Positions 50,077 through 62,262 of a stretch of DNA of 64,000 bases are shown one piece after another. Source of the DNA: Amoebophrya sp. A120 (taxonomy: Eukaryota > Protista > Dinoflagellata); NCBI GenBank assembly GCA_905178155.1, contig CAJINV010000013.1:982344-1046343 (forward strand), written 5' to 3'. Below the pieces are notes generated by a model. It saw only the letters and a program-made list of their open reading frames with translations, did no database searches and had not been told where the DNA came from. Numbering within the stretch: the stretch's first letter is position 1; every line of letters begins with the position of its first letter. Made by a program: the position numbers and the translations under genes.

Positions 50077-52456
50077 TCATTTTCCCGCCACTAAGGCCTG
50101 ATTCACTTGACTTCCCGGCTGCACCACTCCACCGCTTGTTCGAGGTGTTGTCGCCTTTTCGCTGGCGGTGCCTGCATGTCGAGGCGTCGCGGGGCTCGGG
50201 GCCTGCGACCGCGCTTGTCTTCCAGCCATCGAGATCGCGGCACAGATGGCAAGCGTGATGGTGAATATGCCGGTGACCACAAAAGAGGGGATAATCACGA
50301 CCTGTGTCGTTTTTTTCATTTTGGAAAGCATATGCGTAAACATCTTCAACTACAGCGGTTAGTGCCACCTATCATCTAAAACCATTTTCACATCCCCTAG
50401 TACTTCTGACTCGCGTTGTTTTTTATGTGTTGAACTCAGTGTTACTCTTTTACCTTTGACAGGATGAGCTTGAACCCGATGAAGACGAGGATGAAGGCGA
50501 CTCCGTACTTCAGATACTCGAACAGCCGCATTTATGAACTGCAAAAGTAATGTAACGTACTAGTATAAATTGCATTACAAATTGGCCTAGCATTACAAAT
50601 TAAATTTGAAGTGCGGATTTGCCTTGTGGAGGAGATTTGTAATGCATAACTGCAATCAGTACGAGTACGATACTTTTGCACAGGATAGCATCAGTTCGTC
50701 AACAATGAGAAAGGTCGCCCGCAATCCCAGCATCGCCATGATGCAGGCGGTGTACGCCAGGTACAGGTCCGGTACCTGCGCGACGATGGCGGAAACCGAG
50801 TCTACCGCGAACATCAGATCGGTGATTTCCAAACACACCACCACGATGAACAGAAACGTGCAGCGCCACTCGACCCGGTAACCCTGGGGCAGGGAACGAG
50901 GCGAGCGACCCCATTGGGATTCGTAGACCTGGCAATGTTATTTTTCGTGTCATACGGTCACGGTAAGTATCTTATCACCTCGTATCATCACGTAAATCGT
51001 TCGCTCCTTGAAAAACAGAGCACTGCAGCTGTACTACGGGCGCGCCAGTACTATCCTGAAACCTCAAATCAAGGACACGCTGTTCAAAGTCAGTAAGCAC
51101 CTTCAGATTGTGCGCTTTGCTTGCGTGCGAGGCAGAGGACGCGCTGTCCGCGCCTAGATTGGATTTTGAGCTCGAGCTTTTGTCCAGGTCCGGCAACGAC
51201 ACCGTCGTGCTCTCCGGGGGTAGCTTCAGCGTCCCGTCCGGCAAGACCTCGCACTTGACGAAAAACCTGCCGCTCTCGTCGTACCCATTGATGAGCGGCA
51301 ACACCTCACTTGCCCACACAATGATCGGGTGCTCCGTAGGGTCGCCGTCCTCGTCTTCGAATAACGCCACGTGGATCCCGGTGTACACCAGAAACGCCCC
51401 GAACACGATGTGCATGAAGTGCAGGGTGTGGATCAGAGCCTCCCCCACGACGAAGAAGACCATGCGGAAGAAGATCGCGCCAATAATCCCGTAAAACAGC
51501 GGCTTGTGCTTCAGCTTGTCCGGGGTCGCGTATATGTCGAAGACCATGCGAAAGACGAACAAGTTGTCCACGGACAACATCCATTCGAGCAAGTACCCGG
51601 AAAACCAAGTCGCCGCGTTGTCGGCCCCTTTAAAGAGGTACACGTAGAAGACAAAGGCCAGCGCCACGCCCACGTAGCCGAGCGCGTACAAAGACGCCTG
51701 CCAGAGCTCCAAAACTTGGTGTTTGCGGAAGAGGTACAGGTTGTCGAAGATCAAGACACCGACAAAGATCACGGAAAACGCGATCCAGTGCGGGATGTCC
51801 GACGTCTTGAACAGCACAAAATCCTCGTGCGGGATCAACATGTCGCGGGTGATCTTCTTCGCGAGAAGGATGGGGTCGCGTTGGGCTAATGATCAGATTC
51901 CGATTGGTTTATTCAGTTTCAGTAGTTTCATTAATGTTAAGGTCTCGTCCCTCAATCGTCTAACGAGTGTGAGGCTTCGGCTTGTTTCGCCTCCCTTTGA
52001 ATTTGATATTGATTGAGCTTGAGCAGGTCTCCCTGACGCATGAGAAAGGGACCTGCACGAGAACTACTGCACAGGGCGAGCACAAAAAAATCCACTAAGC
52101 AATATTTTACCAAGTTCCCACATGTTCATCGTTTCGAGCTCTTCCGATTCCACCTTGGCTTGCAGCACCGCCTGTGCCTTCTTGAGCAGGTTGCTTTCCT
52201 CATATTGGCTGGTTTGCGGCGACCCGGATATTCCCGCGTCCACCACATCGATCTTCTGCTGTTTTTCTTGTTGCAGAAGTTTGTGCTGCTTCTTGTTCTG
52301 CTGCGATGAGGCTGTAGTCGTTGTGGTGGGCCTGGGTGATACAACTTGCCTCGGAACATAGCTCTTGGTCGTTAAGGCATCGACGAAATCAGTGGATTTG
52401 GCAGCGATGTTGATGAAAGCCACGGACTTCACCAAGAGCGACATCAACTTTATCAT
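50077..52456 (-). CDS. TerC/Alx-family integral membrane protein with N-terminal extension
   Basis: SGYLLEWMLSVDNLFVF, LFYGIIGAIFFRMVF, LEITDLMFAVDSVSAI, AMLGLRA, ELM|RLFEYLKYGVAFILVFIGFKL. Link to the first exon (52064-52456) is inferred. Confidence 0.85.
50533..50687. mobile_element. IR-introner (GCAAAAGTA family)
   Basis: TAT...TGCAAAAGTA / TACTTTTGCACAGGATA; flanks GCATT/GCATC. Confidence 0.85.
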
Positions 52457-52613
52457 CTTGTCGGCTGCCCCCCGGGCCGCGAGTTTAGAATGCTACAGCG
52501 CTAGTAGCTCGTGTTTTTTTTTTGAAAACCTCCTCGCTTTTTCTGAATCGGACTCGGAGAAACTGCCGCCACATGTAGTTGTGCGGGCAGCAGATACTTC
52601 TTGTTTAGAAGAT

Positions 52614-52829
52614 TATCCAACAAAAAAACTGCTTCACTGTGATGATTTTGCAGGATCTGCATTACATACAAGTTCGTTACACATGACACAGAATTATATT
52701 TGCCATGCGCGCTTCCCAAGGGAGAACACGCTTGAAAATCCAATGTCTTGCAGGTGTAGCAAGACAGACACCTTGGTGCTTCATTTTCTGCATCACAAGT
52801 TCACAGTGAAGCAGTTTTTTCTTGCGATA
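52614..52829. mobile_element. IR-introner-type element upstream of the TerC start (5'UTR or intergenic)
   Basis: TATCCAACAAAAAAACTGCTTCACTGTGA / TCACAGTGAAGCAGTTTTTTCTTGCGATA; flanks AAGAT/AAGGT. Confidence 0.85.
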
Positions 52830-53056
52830 AAGGTGGTGGAGCTGCCGCGCAGCTGCTCGCGGTTCTTGTCGATGCGGCCGTGCTAACTCGTTGCTCAGCT
52901 TGGCATTGATGTTCCAGAGTGGTCGCGGCCCGGTACCAGTATGATCAACGCAACATCTTGTTTTCAAAAAATTCCCAACATTTTCCCGCCGCCACTCTGG
53001 CTTTCCGCCGGCCTTATTGTGTGAGCAAGACATTTCAAAATTAGTTGCAGAAGCAG

Positions 53057-55038
53057 AACGCGGGCACTTTTTTGGAATGGCAGCGCGCTGGTGAAATCAA
53101 AGGCGCCTTGCGCTTCCCCGAACTGTTGCGTGCCAAAAGCCCTCACTGGGAAGGCGTTTTTCTGCAAAAAAAGCAGCCGGAAATTTTCCCCGTGACCGGG
53201 CTAACGCGGGCACTTTTTTGGAATGGCAGCGCGCTGGTGAAATCACAGGCATTTTGCGCTTCCCCGAGCTGTTGCTTGCCAAAAGCCCTCATCGGGAAGG
53301 CGTTTTTTTGCAAAAAAAGCAGCCGGAAACTTTCCCCGTGACCGAGCTAACGCGGGCACTTTTTTGGAATGGCAGCGTGCTGGTGAAATCACAGGCATTT
53401 TGCGGCTCCCCGAGCTGTTGCTTGCCAAAAGCCCTCATCGGGAAGGCGCTTTTTTGCAAAAAAAGCAGCCGGAAACTTTCCCCGTGACCGGGCTAACGCG
53501 GGCACTTTTGTGGAATGGCAGCGCGCTGGTGAAATCACAGGCATTTTGCGCTTCCCCGAGCTGTTGCTTGCCAAAAGCCCTCACCGGGAAGGCGTTTTTT
53601 TGCAAAAAAAGCAGCCGGAAATTTTCCCCGTGACCGGGCTAACGCGGGCACTTTTTTGGAATGGCAGCGCGCTGGTGAAATCACAGGCATTTTGCGGCTC
53701 CCCGAGCTGTTGCTTGCCAAAAGCCCTCATCGGGACGGCGCTTTTCTGCAAAAAAAGCAGCCGGAAATTTTCCCCGTGACCGGGCTAACGCGGTCACTTT
53801 TTTGGAATGGCAGCGCGCTGGTGAAATCAAAGGCGCCTTGCGCTTCCCCGAGCTGTTGCTTGCCAAAAGCCCTCATCGGGAAGGCGTTTTTTTGCAAAAA
53901 AAGCAGCCGGAAATTTTCCCCGTGACCGGGCTAACGCGGGCACTTTTTTGGAATGGCAGCGCGCTGGTGAAATCAAAGGCGCCTTGCGCTTCCCCGAGCT
54001 GTTGCTTGCCAAAAGCCCTCATCGGGAAGGCGTTTTTTTGCAAAAAAAGCAGCCGACAATTTTCCCCGTGACCGGGCTAACGCGGGCACTTTTTTGGAAT
54101 GGCAGCGCGCTGGTGAAATTGCAGGCGCCTTGCGCTTCTCTGAGCTGTTGCTTGCCAAAAGCCTTCATCGGGAAGGCGTTTTTTTGCAAAAAAAGCAGCC
54201 GGAAACTTTCCCCATGACCGGGCTAACGCGGGCACTTTTTTGGAATGGCAGCGCGCTGGTGAAATCAAAGGCGCCTTGCGCTTCCCCGAGCTGTTGCTTG
54301 CCAAAAGCCTTCATCGGGAAGGCGTTTTTTTGCAAAAAAAGCAGCCGGAAACTTTCCCCGTGACCGGGCTAACGCGGTCACTTTTTTGGAATGGCAGCGC
54401 GCTGGTGAAATCAAAGGCGCCTTGCGCTTCCCCGAGCTGTTGCTTGCCAAAAGCCCTCATCGGGAAGGCGTTTTTTTGCAAAAAAAGCAGCCGGAAACTT
54501 TCCCCGTGACCGGGCTAACGCGGTCACTTTTTTGGAATGGCAGCGCGCTGGTGAAATCAAAGGCGCCTTGCGCTTCCCCGAGCTGTTGCTTGCCAAAAGC
54601 CCTCATCGGGAAGGCGTTTTTTTGCAAAAAAAGCAGCCGGAAACTTTCCCCGTGACCGGGCTAACGCGGGCACTTTTTTGGAATGGCAGCGCGCTGGTGA
54701 AATCAAAGGCGCCTTGCGCTTCCCCGAGCTGTTGCTTGCCAAAAGCCCTCACCGGGAAGGCGTTTTTTTGCAAAAAAAGCAGCCGGAAATTTTCCCCGTG
54801 ACCGGGCTAACGCGGGCACTTTTTTGGAATGGCAGCGCGCTGGTGAAATCGCAGGCGCCTTGCGCTTCCCCGGGCTGTTGCGTGCCAAAAGCCCTCATCT
54901 AGAGGGCGCTTTTTTGCAAAAAAAGCAGCCGGAAACTTTCCCCGTGACCGGGCTAACGCGGGCACTTTTTTGGGATGGCGGCGCGCTGGTGAAATCAAAG
55001 GCGCCTTGCGCTTCCCCGAGCTGTTGCTTGCCAAAAGC
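53057..55038. repeat. 146-bp tandem satellite, ~13.6 copies
   Basis: Unit AACGCGGGCACTTTTTTGGAATGGCAGCGCGCTGG... recurs every 146 bp. Confidence 0.97.
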
Positions 55039-55645
55039 TTGCATACGGAGTTTTCAATAACTACGCAACATTTCTCTCCAACTCGAAGTGGCGTCAGGTG
55101 CGGCCTGCTTATCATGATCTAAACATCCAAAGAAGCGTCCGCCGTTGAAAGTATCACTTCCTCAATACTCTCAAACACTCACCAGAAATCTGAACCAGTA
55201 CCACCTCCAGAAGTATACAACTGACCAATTGAAGATGCCACTGCACTCCCACGGAACATTCGGACTGTGTGCCGTGTAAAATCCTACACTGACACAGCGA
55301 CGCCACCGGCAGCGGCTCTGGCACACGCGCTGTGAGACTACTACTTACATCTTTAGTACAACTAAGTACTTACATTGCAAAGTTACAACAGTCTTCGTAG
55401 AAGAAAAGCCTCCTCATCAAGTTGCAAAAGATAACGAAAGAAGAGCAAAAAATTAAGATAACAGGAGAAGGCTAAGCATAAGGAACTTGGTCATCAGAAT
55501 ATATCGACCGTCAATTGTCAAAATCCTGTGCTGCGGTGCTCCTTCGTTCTCGCACGCAAAATGAATGCAAAATTATTCCGTACAGACGAATTTTTTTTTC
55601 GTATTCTTGTCTTCTTGAAACAAAATGCTATCCCTTCCTATTTCT

Positions 55646-58600
55646 TCAGTTGTGCCACCCCCTTGCAAAGTCGTCCTCTTCCGCCCGTTTGTTCAATGAC
55701 ACGCCACCGATCCCGACCCCCACTCCGATCGCGGTTGGGGAAGGGCCGTTACTCAACAACGACGGCACACCACCTCCACTAAGAGTTGTCATCAGCGCCG
55801 GAGTGATGTTTGATGTTCCCCCGCCGCCAGCAAGGATCCTCGATTGATTCAACAAGTGCGTGGTGGAGTAGTTCTGTTCTTGGTAGCGGTAGGACCGGGG
55901 CATGACCATCATCGGTGTATCGAGTTCGGGAACTCGATCGTTCGTACTATCGGTGGGTTGTGCTGGTTCCGCTGCTGTCCTTGCAGTGTTATCAACACTG
56001 TCGCTAGGCGTGTGGTTTCTTCGGGAAGTTTTTGTACTAGCTAGCATCTTAGCGGTCCTTGTGGGAGTTGTTTCTACAACCGCCCCGGCCGCCGCTGCTG
56101 CTGCATCATTTTTCACTGCATTTATTTCCGCAGGCTGGTTGCGCACTTTCACCCGCAGACTGCCGTTTTTCGCTGAAAGAATCTGAATCGCTGAGTCGTA
56201 ATTTCTTGGACTTGTGGAAAGAACTTGGTTCTTCTTTTGCTCCTGCACTTTCATCGCGTGTTCAAAATTTTGCTTTTTCAACGTCTCCACGCGGTCCGCA
56301 ACCCTTTTCTTCACGTCCTTCAACTCCGGAGGTTGTACCTGCAGAAAGTTATCCGGCTTCATGTACTCCGCATGGTAAAACGGCTGGGAAAGGTTCGCGG
56401 ACTGGTGGGCAAACTCTTCCAAAAGCTCAAATGTGTTCTTTTTCGCTGCGGGCGGGGGCTCTTCATGTTCCACTCGGAGCTTCGGGACGGGAGCGGAGGT
56501 GTCATGATTAGGACTGCTTCTAGTTGGACCACCGCCGGAAAAATTTTTGGGGCCGCGAGGGGGATCTTCATTTTCGTCAGGGATGCGATCCTTTTCAGCG
56601 TCGTGAAAAAAATCCTCCTGCTCCAGCTGCAGTTGTTTCGGCTTCCCCGGCACGCGGCTTCTACTTGGCGGCCCGGTACCGGTTGTTGTAGTAGAAGCTG
56701 CCAAATGTTGTGCCGCGGCTCCTGCACCATGCGCTGCTGTCCTCGTTTCAGACACCGACTCTTCCTTCGCTCCTCGCTTCGTTATTTTGTTCGGTTTTTG
56801 CTGTAGTTGCTGACCAGCAGAGGGTCCGCCACCACCTCCCGGTTGGGGGTTTTTCGCCGATCTTCGGGAAAATTGCTGCCTGAAGGGTGTGGTGTGGTAA
56901 TCTTCGTCCGACGTAAACGCCGTGCTGGAAGAAGAAGCCGCAGCAGGAGCAGGCGCACCGCCGCTATAAGTTTTCATTTGTTGAACAACGCTACTAATAT
57001 CCTCCTCCTTTGACGCAGTAAATCTATTCTTCCGGTTCTCTTTGTGTAGCGCGACCATCTGTGCCGCTTGGGACTGCTCTTCTCGCAGCGTTTCGTGGCC
57101 GTACATTCTCTTGTGGTGGTGGTGCACTGGGTGGTGGTGTTTGGCGGTGGCGGTAAAGACGCGGTTCGGAGGCGGGTGGCGCTGATAATTCTGCAAAAAT
57201 AAAGCGTTTGAATCATTTCCGTCATTTCTACTAGTACTCGACGAAGACGCTGATTGCTCGAAGGGAGAGGGCGCGAACGCGTTGGAAGGAACGACGACAT
57301 CTGCCGCTCCGGCGGTATTCCTGTCTCTTGTGTTGTGCTTTCCCGAGGAAGACGAGCTACCTCTTTCTTGGTGAAGATGCTCCTGTGTCTGTGTGGCGCC
57401 AGAGCCAGTTCTTGTACCACTAGGAGTGGTTGTAGTTCCACCGATCAGTGTAGTTCCGTTCTGTTGCAGATGACCTCCAACAGCTGTACCTTCGCCAAGA
57501 AAGGTTTCAAGGTCGTGTCCCAAATTCCTGCTAGATCGCTGCATCTGCAATTTTGCAAATCGTGGCTGCCGGTGTCCTCTCGTCGCATCAGAAGCAACGT
57601 CCGGCTCCTTCGTGGCCGTCTCAATTTGCTCCCGCCAGACTGCGAGCTGTTTCTCATGGTCCGCCAGCATCTGTTCCAGCGCCGCCACGTCGTTGCTGCT
57701 CTCCAAGTTCTGGCTGTGCAGTTCGTCTTTGAGATTCTCGATCGTTTTCCGCAGGTTCTGTTCGAGCGGCAGCGGCTTCAGCTGCTTTAACTTCTCGTTC
57801 TCAAACAGCACCTGGCTAAGCTGCTGCTGCAAGTGCCGCTGCTTCTGCCCCGCGGCAGAAACAAGCTATTTAGTTTTGGATGTTACAACTCATCAACATT
57901 AACTACACATGATCGACACAGTAGTACACTCGAAATTCCTGCTATTCCTTCAAAGCACAAGAACTGCAACTGCACGGAAAATAAATACATATGACCACTG
58001 GAACCGGGATAAAAGCTTCGAAGAATGATGAAGAAAAACAAACGAATCACTCTACTTACGTCCTTCTCCCCCCGCTGTATCCTATCCTGAAACTCTGCTC
58101 GCATCGCTTCCCTTTCGACCTTCCATCCCGCCTGCTCCGCTTGCAATTTGGCTTGATAGCTTTCCGCCGCGGCCTGCAACATCTGCTTCAGTTGCTGCTC
58201 GCGAAGCTTTAGCTCCTCGACCTTCGCCTCGAGTTTGGACACTTGCGCGTCGTAGTAGGTCTCGACTTCCAGAACTTTGGCTTTCAAAATTTTTTCAAAC
58301 TCCTGCTCTTTGATCCCGGTCGTGATAGTTTTCTTCGCCAGCTCTTTCTCCATCTCCAGGGCGTGCGTCTGCTGCAATTCCTTCACAATTCGGAAGGACG
58401 TGAGGTCCGAATGGAGATCACGCGCTCGCGTCAACACCGCTTGGAAGGAGCGGAGCCAGGCCTGGGGAAAATTGTTGCGTTCTTGTTCGAGGCTTATTTT
58501 CGACATGGACGAGTCACCAACCCGTTCGCCCCCAGCACCACCAAAGCTTGCAAACTTCAGCAAGTTGTCTTTCAAGTCAGTGTTCATTCTCTGCCGTAGT

Positions 58601-61600
58601 TCGGTCGCCGCGTTCACAATCCGCACGGCGTCGAAGTCCTGCTCCCTGCTGCTGTTGAGCAGATTCTGGATCTGCTTCGCGTCCCGTTTCGCGGCGGACT
58701 CCAAGTCACCGGTGATGGTTTCGGCATAATCCAGGCAGAGCTGCAGGAGCTTCAGAATCGCGTCTCCTGCAGGGATACCAGGAGGTCCCGCACTTGGCAT
58801 GGCGGACGATGAAGAAGAAGGATTTCTCGCGCTATTCGTCTGCTGTTTGTATTCTTGCAGGAAGTCCGGCTTCTGTGAAGCAGTTGTATTCGGTGGGACC
58901 TCCACCGACGCGGGTTGTGGTGAAACAACTGCTGAGGGTGCTGAAGTCGTGCTTGGTTTATTGTCTTTGTCTCTACCCACCGTTTTGTCTTCGGGAGCTG
59001 CACCTACCGTGTTGCTTGATCGTCGTCCTAGAGACACTTCATGTTCGTCGTTCTTCGCATTTGGTATTCCTTGATCATCTCGCACTTCGACCGTGACAGC
59101 CCCACTCGTGCGCATTTGCAGCTTCTTGCGCAGAGGACTCATTACCCTTCCTGTTTGAACATCGGCTGTCGTCCCGTCGCCGTCATGCTCGTCGGGGATC
59201 GCTTCTTCTTGCTCACTCAAAGCCGCGGTGAGTTCCTTTTCTGTTTCGGAGAGTTTTTTCAGTAACTCTCCCATCTCCTCGATCTCCTCCTTCCACGCGG
59301 CCTCCTTGACAGAATACCGGCTGTGGAGCTTGGAAATCTCAGACGCATGTCGCGAATCCGCGGTCCTGATTAATTTCGTGGTGAATAAAATCGCAAATAG
59401 TAATGAGAGGTATGGTGCGTGAATGTTTATTTTGCGGAAAATGCACCTGGTCGCACAACAAATGCAGCTCCTGTCGTCCACTTGCGACGATGAATCTAAG
59501 TAATTGATACGGCAAAAAAGCAAAAAGTAGAACTTGCCATTGCGGTTGCTTCACATACAATTTCCAAAAACACCACCGCAATCACGAAGTCTTTTGTACC
59601 TGCACTGTTCGAAGACCTTTTCTATTTCGATAGTCAATCCTGCAACTGTAGAAACAGTGTGTTCCGGAGGTACTGGTCCCGTTTGCTGTCCCCGTGTCTG
59701 TTCCACATCGCTCCTTTTCTGTGCCGCGTAATAGCTCTTCACGATCCCCCGACAAACTTCCGCGAGCTGCTTTAACTGGTCCATTTCAGAAAAACCTCCC
59801 GAGGCCAGCTCCTTGTCAACAATGCCATGCTCGTCCTCCGCTGCATTTAGTTCGCGACTTTGGTCGTCGACGACATTCACGCCGGATTGCCGGACGGATA
59901 TCGCAAGAAAAAAGTGCTACAGTTACACATTGTGTTGCAAGACCGGCAACACAGATAACCTCTCTCATGCAGGAAATGCTTGGGATCCTCATTTTCTTCC
60001 TGTTTTCCGTTCTTATGATCTTCGCATTACAAGTTTTCCCTGCCACTACACAGAGAAAATTTGTGATGCAGAAACTCCAACAAATGTGTAACTGTAACAC
60101 TTTTTTCTCGTGATAACGGACAGCGGTTTAACACTAGTTGTATTCGATTTCAACCCCATCGATCGCTTGCTCCTGTCCGAGGAATCATTCAAGTGCTGTT
60201 TCTGCAGAAAAACTCTGTGTTTGGTATTTTCAGCGAAAATCGTTCTCGCTTCCTCCACGTCTAGATTCTTTGCGGCCAAGTACTCGAGGATCGCATTCTG
60301 ATACACTTCCTCCGTCTCTTTCGTTTGCTGAAGGATCTTCTCTCTGGTGGTCTCTTCCAACAAACTACTTGTTTCGCGGCCCATCATAATTGCGGTTTGG
60401 TCTGATGGCGGCGGCTGCACGACAGGTTGAGGCTGCAGCTGCGTTGAAGCGATGTTGATGTTTCCGCGCAGTTCGTCATGTTGATGCTGTTCTTGCATCT
60501 CGTCCTGTTGCGCTTTTCTGATTTCAAAGTCTACGGGATCAAGGCTGGTTCTTCCAAATTGGAAAAATTCGTGCTCGTGGCCGGACTTGGAATGATCATC
60601 CATAAGAGTGTTTGTCGTGCCATCGTCCATGATGTAGCTCCGCCTCGCGCCGTCGTCGTGGTAGTTCTGGGCAGCGTGCTCCTGCATTTGAAAATCACCC
60701 GGCCGGTGAGGGCCCCGTGGTGCAACGTGCTGTTCTGGCAATTTCAAGTGGTGGAATAACCGGTCTTCGCGACTCTGCTGGTGCGTAGTTGCAATTTCTT
60801 GATCATGGTCGTGGCGGTAGTGATTATTGTACTTCTCAACGTTCTCGGCTGTCAGCGGCGTGGTTCTACTTTGCGAGACACCTACTTCTTCACGGATTAT
60901 ATCGACATCTTCAACCTGATCCGGATAAAAGCCTCCATAGTTATTGACGTAGAATTGCGTATTTCGGCCGAGCCCGTCCCTCGTGACCTGTTTCTTCTTG
61001 TAGAACACCTGGTGGGCTTGATTTCTGTACAGGGATTCCTTGGGCTGTTCCGCTTCTTCTTCTTCTGGCCCCTCCGCCCCTCCTTGCCGGAGGTGCTGGT
61101 GGCCTACAGGCTTTCCTGCCCCGGGGGAAGGAGTAAAGTCTCCTTCAGAGGAACTGCGCAAATGCGGCTGCTGTTGCTGCCGGATCTCGATAGGGATTAG
61201 TTGCTCGGCCTGCTGGTGCAGGTCAGCGGCGGTGGGGGACGAAATTCGCAGCTTCATTTGCACCACCGGCTGAAGCGAGTCCTTACCCCCTCGCGGCTTT
61301 TCCAGGTTCGCCTCCTGCTGCTCCAAACTCAGGGGCGGAGTGCCGAATTGCGGTAGAGCAGGTTGCGGGAGCGATGTTGGCAACGACGATACTTCAACCG
61401 CTTTTTTCGTACCCGCTTTATTTCGTGAAGAAATTCCGCCAGCTCGAGGTCCGGCTGCGGCGGCTTTCTGTGCGGCCTCCTGGGATATGCGCAGGTTTTC
61501 CAAAACACTATCCTTCTTCGCGACCAAGACCACTTCCTCTTCGGTTGTGCCTTCTGCGGCCTTCGACAGTGTGCGTGCGGAAGCAGAACCACTGCCACAA

Positions 61601-62262
61601 CCTGTTGCACTGCCCGGGGCGTTGTGCTGTTGTTCATCGTGTGGGTCTTTTTTTCTAGAAGATGTGGCTGCATTCAACATCCCAGCGTTCATATTTTTCT
61701 GCTCTTTCCGAAGTCGATTTTCCGCCTCTGCTGATCGTAGTGTGCTCATGATACTAACCTCCACCTCGTTTTCCTGTGCGAGAAATGGTGGTGCAGAACT
61801 GTTCATGCTGCCCGAAGTTGTGTAGCTTTTCATGTAAAACTGATCCCGCGCATGATTTTTGCTGGCTTCGCTGGAAGAAGTTCCTGAGGACTTGCTGCGG
61901 CTGCTGGATGCGGCCGAGCTTTTGGAATTGGAAGTAAAAATCTCATTTTCAACGTCTCCAGCATTGATGTCGTGGTTGCCAACAGAAGATGACGATGAGG
62001 AGGATGATGAACTGGAGCTCGTTGCAGAAGATGAGCTTGTGCTGGCGTTTCCTTTTACTGCAGACGACGAGGACGAGTCTGCAGCGACGACCCCGGATCG
62101 CTGTGGTTCGGTAGCGTAGTACTGGTCTTGCTGGCGTTGATCAAAGGCAGCAGCCAAACCCATTCGAGAGCTCTTGCCGGTTCTTCCCGAAGATGACAAT
62201 CCGTCCGCGGTCACCGCAGAGGACGAAGAAGCGCCACCGCGCTGCTCGTTTCCTGTTGCCAT
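55646..62262 (-). CDS. Very large low-complexity/coiled-coil protein of unknown function (about four exons)
   Basis: Long ORFs 60116-62262, 59551-59898, 57883-59370 and 55646-57850; heptad E/K/Q-rich stretches; join KPLSV|RQSGVN. Confidence 0.75.
59899..60115. mobile_element. IR-introner (sibling of 3882-4095)
   Basis: ~32-bp TIR; perfect TSD ACGGA. Confidence 0.93.

Noticed and set aside
53045-55115. Repeated 61-89 aa ORFs, or a CRISPR-like array
   Set aside because: ORFs are by-products of the satellite; there are no unique spacers.
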